Made by a program: the position numbers and the translations under genes. Positions 8,936-16,994 of a DNA stretch of 32,000 nt are shown here, one piece after another (positions within the stretch are counted from its first letter, which is position 1; each line of letters starts with the position of its first letter). The stretch is from Natronospirillum operosum. Its GTDB lineage: Bacteria; Pseudomonadota; Gammaproteobacteria; Pseudomonadales; Natronospirillaceae. The stretch is from positions 520,401 through 552,400 of the forward strand of contig NZ_SRMF01000002.1 of NCBI RefSeq assembly GCF_004768465.1, written 5' to 3'. Below the pieces are notes generated by a model, which worked only from the letters and a program-made list of their open reading frames with translations, did no database searches and was not told the DNA's origin.

Positions 8936-9466
8936 TCACTCGGCATCGGAGGTCCCCCTCAGGCTGTGCACTGCATGCGCCACAAACTGGATCGTCAGCA
9001 ACAGCATGCTCAGCGGCACCACGGCGGTGAAGATATAGCGCTGCGGGCGCAGCACGGACGTCACCCGGATGCCATGCTGATACTGGTCGATAGTGACCTG
9101 CAATGCATACCAGGCGAAGTACAGGCAGATGACCGCACCAAACAGATTGGTCAGTGCGGTCAGTATCTTCTGTGGTGTGGCGGGCAAGGCACCGGCCAGC
9201 AGATCAATGGCCACATGCCGGTTCTTTTCCAGCAGGAAGGGCGCCCCCAGGAAGGTCATGTACAGCAGTGAGTACCCGCTGACCTCCACCGTCCACATCA
9301 GTGATCGGTTGAACAGCAGGCGGGAGATGATCTCGGAAAAGACCATCAGGGTGGCGGCAACCAGTATGGCTGCAGCCAGGGCGGCCAGGGCCAGATTCAC
9401 CGCACTGACCCCCCGCATGATGGCAGCCATCCAGTCGTTCAACCGCGACATCTTTATCGAGGACAT
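8936..9466 (-). CDS. dctQ: TRAP transporter small permease subunit
   Basis: 176 aa with four hydrophobic segments, placed between the DctP-like and DctM-like genes. Confidence 0.85.
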   Translation of the reverse strand: MSSIKMSRLNDWMAAIMRGVSAVNLALAALAAAILVAATLMVFSEIISRLLFNRSLMWTVEVSGYSLLYMTFLGAPFLLEKNRHVAIDLLAGALPATPQKILTALTNLFGAVICLYFAWYALQVTIDQYQHGIRVTSVLRPQRYIFTAVVPLSMLLLTIQFVAHAVHSLRGTSDAE

Positions 9467-9495
9467 AATGCTCTACTCCCGCCTGACAGGCTGGT

Positions 9496-10473
9496 TCAAT
9501 CCACCAGCATGTCCATCAGTTCGTTGGCCAGATCCTCGCCCAGATCCTCACGCATCAGATCCCAGGCGGTTTCCAGCGACTGGTTGAGATAGTCTTCCGC
9601 GTCATCGCCTTCCAGGCGCAACTCGACATAGCCGGCCTCTTCGATCTCCTGCTCACCCAGCGCCAGGTACTGATCCCAGCTCTCGGCTTCCAGTTGATAG
9701 GCCAGATCGTCGCGCAGATAGGTTTGGAGCCGCTCGCGCAGATCTTCCGACATCCGGTTCCAGGCATCCTGATTGACCAGCACATTGAAGCCGGCACGGT
9801 AGAACTGAGGCGATACATAATGGGACACGACGTCGCCATACTGCGGCGCCCAGCCCTGATTGCCCTGCACAAAGCCGTCGATCACACCACGCTCCATGGC
9901 GGTGAAAATTTCTCCGATCGGCATGATGGTGGTATTGGCACCCATGGCCTCCAGGAACGGCTGCGCAGTCGGGAAGACCCGAATCCGCTTGCCGCGGATG
10001 TCGTCCAGAGAAGTGATTTCGTCACCCAGCCAGATATTGAAGCCGATTTCCGAGGCCGGAATTTCACCCCAGAACTTCAGCCCGCGGTCAGCATGCAACT
10101 CGTCCAGCCGCTCGTAATACCCGGTGCCGCGAATCTCCTCATAGGTCTTCATGGACAGGTTGTTGGTGGTGGAAGCCGGCACAGTACCCGAATAGTAGCT
10201 CGGGCTGATCAGCGCCACATCGATGGCGCCATTGCGCACGGCGTCAGCGAGATCGAATGGATTGATCACTTCCGGGCCACCGATCCAGTTCAACTGCACC
10301 TCGCCCGCAAACTCGTCATTGATGCCGTCAATAAAGGCCTGAAAGCCGGTCGCCAGCGGAATGGCCTGCGGGATGAAAGACACCACACGCAGCTGTTGTT
10401 GGGCCTGGGCCGAAACGGCCAGGGTCGCAGTGGCCAGACCTGCGGCAAGAGCAGTCAGTATCCTGTTTTTCAT
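9496..10473 (-). CDS. dctP: TRAP transporter substrate-binding protein (DctP family)
   Basis: 325 aa with signal peptide MKNRILTALAAGLATATLAVSAQA. DctP-like length and position. An SD AGAGGTG lies upstream. Confidence 0.9.
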   Translation of the reverse strand: MKNRILTALAAGLATATLAVSAQAQQQLRVVSFIPQAIPLATGFQAFIDGINDEFAGEVQLNWIGGPEVINPFDLADAVRNGAIDVALISPSYYSGTVPASTTNNLSMKTYEEIRGTGYYERLDELHADRGLKFWGEIPASEIGFNIWLGDEITSLDDIRGKRIRVFPTAQPFLEAMGANTTIMPIGEIFTAMERGVIDGFVQGNQGWAPQYGDVVSHYVSPQFYRAGFNVLVNQDAWNRMSEDLRERLQTYLRDDLAYQLEAESWDQYLALGEQEIEEAGYVELRLEGDDAEDYLNQSLETAWDLMREDLGEDLANELMDMLVD

Positions 10474-10510
10474 GGTACACCTCTGTTTTTTTCTATGGTC
10501 AGTCTAGAGA

Positions 10511-11641
10511 TCAGTCCAGCGCGACATTCCAGGCATCATAGCCATACACCCAGTCCGCATTGCCAGCCTGTTTGAGCCAGTCATTGGCTCGGGAACCGCG
10601 TTGTACATTGGCGGTACGTTCCAGCCGTGCGCGCTCGAAACGCTGCAGTGCCGGTGCCAGATCCGTTGTCGAAACACTCTCCAGGCAGCGCGCCAGCACC
10701 ACGGCATCCTCAATGGCCATACAAGCCCCCTGCGCCATGAAGGGCACCATGGGGTGCGCCGCATCACCCAGCACCACGGCCGCGCCACGGTGCCACGCGG
10801 ACATGGGCTCACGAACATAGAGCGCCGATTTGGTCACCGACTCGACTGCGCCCAGCAGCGCCTGCACTTCAGGATGAAAGTCCTGGTAAACCGCACGCAA
10901 CTCTTCCACATCACCCGGCATGGTCCAGGACTCCTCGGTCCAGCCCTGTTGTGGTGTGGTGGCAAAGATGAACACCTCTTCACCGCGAGTCAGCGGAAAG
11001 ACCACGACCTGAATGTCCGGTGAGGGCCCCCACCACTTGGTGAAGGCATCGAGATTGGGTACATCAATGGCGCTGCGGGGCACCACGGCCCGGTAGGACA
11101 CCAGACCGGTAAATTCGGGCTGATCGGCGCCAAACAGGCTGCGGCGAACGGCGGAATGGATGCCGTCACCACCGACCAGCAGGTCTGCCGTGGTGGTACG
11201 GTCACGTTCGAAACGGATCAGCGGTGGTGTGGACTGGCTGTCTACCGACTCCACACCGTGATCCAGATGGATAACATCAGAAGGCAGCTGCTGTTCCAGC
11301 GCCTGCAGCAGGTCGCCACGGTGGATGGTAAGCTGCGGTGCACCATAACGCTCTTCAGCGTCATTGCCCATGGCCAGCTTGGAAGTGACTTCGCCGGTAT
11401 CCCAGGTGCGACTGAGGCGATGCGTCGGCCGAGCGGCCGTCTCGCGAATGATGCCACCGACACCCAACCCGTCCAGGCACTTCACCGCATTGGGCGTAAG
11501 ATTGACATCCGCGCCGATGCGACGGAATGCCTTTGCCTGCTCATAAACCCTGACCTGATGCCCGACCTGTCCGCAGGCAATGGCCGCACAAAGGCCGCCA
11601 ATGCCGCCGCCACAGATAGCCAGTTCCAACCCTGTCTTCAT
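10511..11641 (-). CDS. FAD-dependent aromatic-ring monooxygenase (salicylate / 3-hydroxybenzoate hydroxylase-like)
   Basis: GGGIGGLCAAIA dinucleotide fold, GGDGIHSAVR, and GDAAHPMVPFMAQGACMAIEDA. I moved the start to the ATG at 11641 (MKTGLELAI) behind GAGAGGG. The 30-codon upstream extension runs through the AT-rich promoter. Confidence 0.9.
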   Translation of the reverse strand: MKTGLELAICGGGIGGLCAAIACGQVGHQVRVYEQAKAFRRIGADVNLTPNAVKCLDGLGVGGIIRETAARPTHRLSRTWDTGEVTSKLAMGNDAEERYGAPQLTIHRGDLLQALEQQLPSDVIHLDHGVESVDSQSTPPLIRFERDRTTTADLLVGGDGIHSAVRRSLFGADQPEFTGLVSYRAVVPRSAIDVPNLDAFTKWWGPSPDIQVVVFPLTRGEEVFIFATTPQQGWTEESWTMPGDVEELRAVYQDFHPEVQALLGAVESVTKSALYVREPMSAWHRGAAVVLGDAAHPMVPFMAQGACMAIEDAVVLARCLESVSTTDLAPALQRFERARLERTANVQRGSRANDWLKQAGNADWVYGYDAWNVALD

Positions 11642-11730
11642 AAGGCCCTCTCGCCGTCGATCACCGATTTCAACCGGCTTGTTTCCTGCTCCATGTTTTA
11701 TTATATGAAACAAGTTTTTATATATGATCA

Positions 11731-11759
11731 ACGATAGAACAGGACCCGCCGGATGTCAA
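11731..11759 (-). promoter_or_regulatory. Sigma70-type promoter P2 for the monooxygenase-dctPQM operon
   Basis: On the minus strand: CCGGATTGACA (the same 11-mer as at P1), a 17-nt spacer, then TATCGT. An AT-rich block with TTGTTTCATATAAT follows. Confidence 0.6.
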
Positions 11760-11890
11760 TCCGGCCCGAACCAGGGCAGAACTGCAGCCAGATGGCGAGA
11801 AAGGCAAGACAATCAATGAGTTATGAACAGAACCGGGAAATGCGCTCTGTTTCAGAGTGTCAGAAAGTGTAAATGCATGTACTGGTTACC

Positions 11891-11915
11891 CTGCCGGCAC
11901 TCGGAGTGCCGGCAG
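11891..11915 (-). terminator. Strong GC hairpin 13 nt downstream of the tauD-like stop
   Basis: CTGCCGGCAC-TCGGA-GTGCCGGCAG, a perfect 10-bp stem with a 5-nt loop. No U-tract follows on either strand, so intrinsic termination is uncertain. Confidence 0.45.
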
Positions 11916-11927
11916 AGATTGCAGGCA

Positions 11928-12746
11928 TCAGGCAGCCGCCGCCAGGGGCCGAGTCGTACCCTCTATCTGCACCCGGTAACCAGACCGCACGTGCGGCCAG
12001 TAGTCCCATACCGCCTTGTGGTGGGTACAGCGGTTGTCCCACAGGGCCACCGAATGCGGCGTCCAGTTGAAGCGGCAGCTCCACTCCGGCTTGGCGCAGT
12101 GTTCATAGAGAAACTCCAGAACACGCCTGGACTCATGCCGGGGCACTTCATTGATGTGCGACGTGAAGTCCGTATTGACGAACAGCAGCTTGCGCCCGGT
12201 TTCGGGGTGCTTGACGACTACCGGGTGCGCGGACACCGGTGTGCCCTGCCCGAATACACGCGTGCCGTCATGGGTCGCAGTCAGTCCGTCCAGATACTGT
12301 TTCATGGGCTCCGACAGCGCTTCATAGGCGGCGTACATGCTCGCAAACATCGTGCTGCCGCCGTTGTGCGGCGGTACCGTGTGGTTGTACAGCATGCTGC
12401 CCAGAGGCGGCACTTCGGCACAGGATTGGTCACTGTGAAAGTTCTCACCGGAGATCATGGTGCTGGTTTCGTCGTAGTGAAACTTGCGTACCAGCGGGTT
12501 GTCCGTGGTCTTGCTGATGGTCTTGGCCCCCACATGCTTGCCCAGCGGACCAAACTGACGCGCAAAGCGGATCTGATCGTCGAAACTGATCTGCTGGTCG
12601 CGGAAAAAGATGACACCACAGTCCAGAAATGCTTTCCTGATTTCCGCAAACACCTCGTCACTGATTTCAGAGGTGAGGTCCACGCCCTCGATCTCCGCGC
12701 CCACATGCGGGCTCAGACGAGTTACTTTTATATGTTGGTACGGCAT
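11928..12746 (-). CDS. TauD/TfdA-family Fe(II)/2-oxoglutarate-dependent dioxygenase
   Basis: 272 aa. HSD iron-binding motif (FHSDQS), GGSTMFASM, and WDNRCTHHKAV. An SD GAGGA lies upstream. Confidence 0.9.
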   Translation of the reverse strand: MPYQHIKVTRLSPHVGAEIEGVDLTSEISDEVFAEIRKAFLDCGVIFFRDQQISFDDQIRFARQFGPLGKHVGAKTISKTTDNPLVRKFHYDETSTMISGENFHSDQSCAEVPPLGSMLYNHTVPPHNGGSTMFASMYAAYEALSEPMKQYLDGLTATHDGTRVFGQGTPVSAHPVVVKHPETGRKLLFVNTDFTSHINEVPRHESRRVLEFLYEHCAKPEWSCRFNWTPHSVALWDNRCTHHKAVWDYWPHVRSGYRVQIEGTTRPLAAAA

Positions 12747-12845
12747 GCTGAATCCTCATTGCAACTAATACAGTATCAACTATACAGAGCCGGAAAAGCG
12801 CTGGTAAAATACGAAATATATATCTGCTGATACCGATTCGATAAC

Positions 12846-13772
12846 ATGGACATAAGACACCTGCGCCATTTCGTGGCGGTCGCGGAAGAGCTCCATTTCG
12901 GACGTGCAGCGCGCCGCCTGAACATGGAGCAGGCGCCGCTGAGCCAGTCCATCAAGCGTTTCGAAGAATATCTCGGAGGCGCACTTTTCGACCGTGCCGC
13001 ACGCAGTGGCACCCAACTGACCCCACTGGGGCAGCAACTGCTGCCGGATGCCCGACGGCTGGTCAGCGAGTTCGAGCTGACCATGCAGAATGCCCAGCTT
13101 GCAGCCACCGGAGAGCAGCGGCCGGTGAAGGTCGGGTTTGTCACTGCCGGCATTTTGCAACTGGTGCCTCAGGCCATTCGGCGCCTGCATCAGGTTGCAC
13201 CGGACATTCAGGTCAAACTGCGTGAAGCAGGCACTGCGGACCTGCTGGACATGCTGCGGGACGACGAACTGGATGTCTGCATCACCTTGCCCAGCGAGCA
13301 CTGCCCGCCCGGCATACAGATGATGGAAATCAGAAGAGACAGGACAATGCTGGCGATATGCAGACATCATGCACTCGCCGAACAGAAAATAATAACTGTC
13401 GATGATATTCGAAAAGAGCCACTTATATTTTTCCCGCGCGCAGTAAATCCCTATTTATATAAGCGCTTGCATGATTATTTTAATGCCCATGATTATACCC
13501 CGAGTATCGAACAGGAAGCGAAACTGACGCCAACCATGCTGGCCCTGGTCTCCGCCGGGCTGGGGGTCTGCTTCGTGCAGCAGAGCGCCGCCCTGTTGCC
13601 GTTCCCGGATGTGACGCTGCGCGAGATCGACGATCTCAGCGACGCGGTGCCCTGGAGCCTGATGCTGGCCTGGAAGCCCAGGCTCGCCAATGACGGGGTC
13701 ATGCGCTTTATCGACTGCCTGAAAGCTGCGGCACAGGACGCAGATAACGCAACGCCAGCAGCAGCACCATGA
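12846..13772 (+). CDS. LysR-family transcriptional regulator
   Basis: 308 aa. N-terminal MDIRHLRHFVAVAEELHFGRAARRLNMEQAPLSQSIKRFEEYLG is the canonical LysR HTH. It is divergent from the TauD-like gene. Confidence 0.9.
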   Translation: MDIRHLRHFVAVAEELHFGRAARRLNMEQAPLSQSIKRFEEYLGGALFDRAARSGTQLTPLGQQLLPDARRLVSEFELTMQNAQLAATGEQRPVKVGFVTAGILQLVPQAIRRLHQVAPDIQVKLREAGTADLLDMLRDDELDVCITLPSEHCPPGIQMMEIRRDRTMLAICRHHALAEQKIITVDDIRKEPLIFFPRAVNPYLYKRLHDYFNAHDYTPSIEQEAKLTPTMLALVSAGLGVCFVQQSAALLPFPDVTLREIDDLSDAVPWSLMLAWKPRLANDGVMRFIDCLKAAAQDADNATPAAAP

Positions 13773-15645
13773 TGGTCAGCAACAGCCACTGGTACACACC
13801 CGCTCCGACGCCGGTGAACCCCATCAGCACGATCGCCGCGCCCAGCAGACACAGCACCAGCCGATACAGCGGCGGCAACATGCCACGCCAGTAGCCGATG
13901 CTGCCGGCGGCGATACCCGCAAAGCTTACCACCACCAGCACAAACATCAGCAACCCTTCACCCCAGCCTCTGGTCAGCAACAGAGCCGGGTTCACGATCA
14001 TCATGAAAGGCAGTACAAACAGGGGCCACCCGAGAGCGACACATTCCACCGCCGTGCGCATGGGCCGGGCGTCGCCGATGCTGGCAGCAGAGAAGGCGGC
14101 GATGGCCACCGGCGGGGTAATCATCGACAGCACGCCAAAGTAGAAGATGAAGAAGTGGGCCGCCAGCGGCTCGATGCCGACCTGCACCAGCGCCGGCGCC
14201 ATCAGCACTGCCAGCAGCACATAGACACCGGTAGTGGGCATGCCCATGCCCAGTATGATGGAGGCCACAGCCGTGTAGACCACCAGCAGGGTCACCATGT
14301 CGAAGGACAGATACAGCAGGAACCGGGACAGGGACTGAGTCAGCCCGGAATAGTTCAGCACCCCGATGATCACGCCGGCCGCAGCCGATATGATGATAAC
14401 GTCGGTGGCGATCACACCGGTGGAACGAAAGTTGTCCAGCACCTCGCGCAGCCGCACCTTGTGGCCCATGTAGCCCAGGGTCAGGCCGCAGACGGCATAG
14501 AAGGCAGCAGCACTGAAGGCGGCCATTTCCGGACTCCAGCGAAACCCGATCAGCAGCACGAACAACAGTATCAGCCCGAAGAAGGTGTACCAGCCACTGC
14601 GAAAGTACTCCCAGGCGGTGCGGTCCAGCGGCTCAATGGCGCCGGTACCATCCCGGCAGGCCAGCAGGTGGATATTCAGAAACAGAATGACGAAGAACAG
14701 CGTGGCCGGGATCAGCGCTGCCATGACCACGGTAGCGAACGGAATCTGCAGAAACTCTGCCATCAGGAACGCTGCGGCGCCCATCACCGGCGGTATCAAC
14801 TGGCCGCCCGTCGAAGCCACCGCCTCGGTGGCTGCGGCGCGTTCCGGTTTCACACCGGCCCGCTTCATCATCGGAATGGTGATCACACCACTGGTGGCCA
14901 CATTGGCCACCGCACTGCCGGACACCGAGCCCAGCAGCGCCGATGACACCACCGACACCTTGGCCGGCCCACCGGGCGAACGCCGGAAAACGGCCAGGCA
15001 GATGTCGGTAAAGAACTGTCCGCCGCCCGAACGACTCAGCAGCCCGCCCATGAACAGGAAGGGCAGCACCACCACAACGGCCACAGCCACCGGCATACCC
15101 AGCAGGGCCGACGGGTCGGTGGTGATATAGGTCACCAGGTAATCCCAGTTCACGGAGGGCGCCGCAAACCGGGACGGCAGATGACTGCCCCAGAGCCCAT
15201 AAGCCACTATGGTGACAATGATGACCAGCAGCGGCAGACCGGCAATACGACGCACTGCCTCCAGCATGGCCAGCAGCAACAGGGAGCCGCCGATAACGAC
15301 CTCCGGCGGCCGAAAGGCGATGGCCATGGAGTATTGCTCGAAATTCCAGGCGAAATAACCCGCTACCAGCAGGCACCCCCATGCGGCCACAAGGTCCAGT
15401 ACGCGGCGCAACCAGAACTGCCAGGGCGCCAACTGCGCCGATACCGGCCATTTGTGGTAGGCCACAAACAGCGCACAGCCCACAGCCAGCGCGAAGAACT
15501 GCTCTTCGTAATAGCTGATGCCAAAATAGGAACCCAGATTGAAAGCCAGAAAACAGGTGATCAGAGTCAGGGCAGCAGCACAGGCCACAAAAACCCATTG
15601 ATTGATCAACACCAGGCCACGTACAACCATCGACATCAGGATCAC
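13708..15645 (-). CDS. TRAP transporter fused permease (TAXI-type, small and large domains fused)
   Basis: 645 aa and highly hydrophobic throughout. It lies directly downstream of a TAXI-family binding-protein gene. Confidence 0.9.
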   Translation of the reverse strand: MILMSMVVRGLVLINQWVFVACAAALTLITCFLAFNLGSYFGISYYEEQFFALAVGCALFVAYHKWPVSAQLAPWQFWLRRVLDLVAAWGCLLVAGYFAWNFEQYSMAIAFRPPEVVIGGSLLLLAMLEAVRRIAGLPLLVIIVTIVAYGLWGSHLPSRFAAPSVNWDYLVTYITTDPSALLGMPVAVAVVVVLPFLFMGGLLSRSGGGQFFTDICLAVFRRSPGGPAKVSVVSSALLGSVSGSAVANVATSGVITIPMMKRAGVKPERAAATEAVASTGGQLIPPVMGAAAFLMAEFLQIPFATVVMAALIPATLFFVILFLNIHLLACRDGTGAIEPLDRTAWEYFRSGWYTFFGLILLFVLLIGFRWSPEMAAFSAAAFYAVCGLTLGYMGHKVRLREVLDNFRSTGVIATDVIIISAAAGVIIGVLNYSGLTQSLSRFLLYLSFDMVTLLVVYTAVASIILGMGMPTTGVYVLLAVLMAPALVQVGIEPLAAHFFIFYFGVLSMITPPVAIAAFSAASIGDARPMRTAVECVALGWPLFVLPFMMIVNPALLLTRGWGEGLLMFVLVVVSFAGIAAGSIGYWRGMLPPLYRLVLCLLGAAIVLMGFTGVGAGVYQWLLLTIMVLLLALRYLRPVPQLSGSR

Positions 15646-15679
15646 TCTCCCATCGGCTTTCTGTTCTGCGGAATAAAGG

Positions 15680-15710
15680 GCCCGGGGGCATTTGCCCTGC
15701 GGGCCCGGGC
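15680..15710 (-). other. Intercistronic GC stem-loop between the TAXI binding-protein and permease genes
   Basis: GCCCGGG (15680-15686) pairs with CCCGGGC (15704-15710). GGGCCCGGG occurs twice (15678-15686 and 15701-15709). Confidence 0.4.
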
Positions 15711-15713
15711 AGG

Positions 15714-16658
15714 TCAGTCGAAGTAGTTCAGAGCTGCATCATGGTAGGGAATGTTGGGTACGCCACGCATGCGTTCACGGTCAATGCCGCGGAAGTTGGC
15801 GACCGCATTGCCCAGTTCCTCACTGCCTTCTTCCATGGCCTGCAGGACCGACTCGATCGCTGCGGGATCGAAATCGCGGTGCGCGACCAGAACCACAGCA
15901 TAGGTCAGCAAATTGGTATCTGCAGCAATACCGGCCGGCAGGCTCTCTCTGTCCATCGGCGCCGGATAACCCTGCGGCATGATTTGCTGCGTGGCTTCAA
16001 CGGCAGCGTCATCGTCATACAGCGACAGGAAACGAACGCCGCCCATGGAGGCTTCCAGCTCTTCCACACTGCCGGAGCCTGCAGACAGGAAGGCCACATC
16101 CACCCGGCCGGAAGACAGCAGTTCGCCGCCGCGCGGTGTATTCGGCACCGATACAGTGGTTATGTCCGAGTCGGACAGCCCCGCATTGGCGACTATGGCC
16201 TGACGCATCAGTTCGATAATCGGCGCTGAAGAGTAGCCTGCGGCCACTCGCTTGCCGGCGATATCAGACAATTCCTGAATGTCCGAATCATCATCCACCA
16301 GAAAGCCGACCTGGCTTTCAAACAGCCCCGCGACCACGCGCAGGTTCGGGTGCTCCGAGTTGAACGGCACCTCGCCGTCCAGTGCGCGCGATACCTCGAA
16401 CACATTGACCACGGCAAAGTCGAGTTCGCCCTGATTGACCAGAGCCATCAGCGGCCCCGAGCCGGCATAAGGCTGCACCCGGGCATTGATGCCCTGATTT
16501 TCGAGTGTTTCGGACAAGCCGACACCGGTGGAGTAGAACAGCGTACCCGGCTGGTTGGTTCCGATTGTGACTGTCTGGCTGGCAGCCGGGGCAGACGCGA
16601 GCAGCCCGGTTATCAGCAGGGACAGCGGGAGTAGCAGTCTCGATTTGATCGTCAGCAT
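15714..16658 (-). CDS. TAXI-family TRAP transporter solute-binding protein
   Basis: Signal peptide MLTIKSRLLLPLSLLITGLLASAPAASQ, then TIGTNQPGTLFYSTGVGLSE...GELDFAVVN. I chose the ATG at 16658 behind AGGTGA. The ORF-track start at 16667 is a GTG. Confidence 0.9.
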   Translation of the reverse strand: MLTIKSRLLLPLSLLITGLLASAPAASQTVTIGTNQPGTLFYSTGVGLSETLENQGINARVQPYAGSGPLMALVNQGELDFAVVNVFEVSRALDGEVPFNSEHPNLRVVAGLFESQVGFLVDDDSDIQELSDIAGKRVAAGYSSAPIIELMRQAIVANAGLSDSDITTVSVPNTPRGGELLSSGRVDVAFLSAGSGSVEELEASMGGVRFLSLYDDDAAVEATQQIMPQGYPAPMDRESLPAGIAADTNLLTYAVVLVAHRDFDPAAIESVLQAMEEGSEELGNAVANFRGIDRERMRGVPNIPYHDAALNYFD

Positions 16659-16690
16659 AAACATCACCTGTTATGTGTTTCAGTTCCGTT

Positions 16691-16753
16691 TCAGGCCAGG
16701 CAGGCCATCGCGCTGCGGGGGCTTCTGTCTTCGCCTGTCCCCTCGGCACTCAT
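16691..16753 (-). CDS. Candidate 20-codon leader ORF (MSAEGTGEDRSPRSAMACLA) in the long 5' leader of the TAXI operon
   Basis: The ATG at 16753 is preceded by AGAGGAGGGAGG with a 5-nt spacer, the strongest SD-like sequence I saw in the window. The ORF stops 33 nt before the binding-protein start. There is no other support. Confidence 0.3.
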   Translation of the reverse strand: MSAEGTGEDRSPRSAMACLA

Positions 16754-16846
16754 TGTAACCTCCCTCCTCTTGGGCGGTCGCACGGGTCCGGGCAGGGCTC
16801 CATTATTTTTAGGACGGGTCGGCGTCTATGGTGATCCTTTACACTG

Positions 16847-16865
16847 CAGAATAGAGTCTATTCTG
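16847..16865. promoter_or_regulatory. Perfect 19-bp palindrome CAGAATAGA-G-TCTATTCTG (candidate operator)
   Basis: Nine-bp arms around a single central base. It lies about 45-65 nt downstream of the predicted P3 -10. Confidence 0.5.
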
Positions 16866-16914
16866 GCTGCAACCCATTTTATATATGAAACATCATTTTT
16901 TATCTGATAATATG

Positions 16915-16943
16915 ACGTTAGCGCGGGGGTTGATCGATGTCAA
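16915..16943 (-). promoter_or_regulatory. Sigma70-type promoter P3 for the TAXI-TRAP operon
   Basis: On the minus strand: TTGACA (16943-16938), a 17-nt spacer, then TAACGT. An AT-rich block with TGATGTTTCATATATA follows. It implies a leader of about 245 nt. Confidence 0.55.
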
Positions 16944-16994
16944 ACTCTTTTCAGTGTCCTGATACGCCCGGAAGCCCCCGAAGCGCACCCACAC

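Noticed and set aside
11638-11694. An 18-codon upstream ORF (MEQETSRLKSVIDGERAL) whose TGA overlaps the monooxygenase ATG as ATGA.
   Set aside because: The overlap geometry is attractive, but no SD precedes its ATG and I cannot test conservation. It is too weak to call.
11642-11731. N-terminal extensions offered by the ORF track. The example here is a 30-codon extension of the monooxygenase.
   Set aside because: The extensions run through AT-rich promoter DNA or overlap upstream genes, and the internal ATGs have good SDs and give canonical N-termini. The same applies to 19440-19478 (ferredoxin), 19120-19257 (small protein), 6582-6605 (VOC), 8898-8939 (dctM), 23167-23262 (tctB), 30302-30466 (PrpD-like) and 20371-20421 (MFS).
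12747-12845. LysR-type operator in the tauD/lysR divergent region. It includes an ATAC-A-GTAT palindrome at 12768-12776 and a possible tauD promoter (TTTACC, 18-nt spacer, TATAGT on the minus strand).
   Set aside because: The arrangement is plausible and classical, but the palindrome is short and I could not define a convincing T-N11-A box or a lysR promoter. I did not list it as a feature.
12780-13370. A 196-aa minus-strand ORF starting just downstream of the AT-rich patch in lysR.
   Set aside because: It is fully antisense to the LysR HTH and linker region. The translation has no features and there is no SD. I treat it as a shadow frame.
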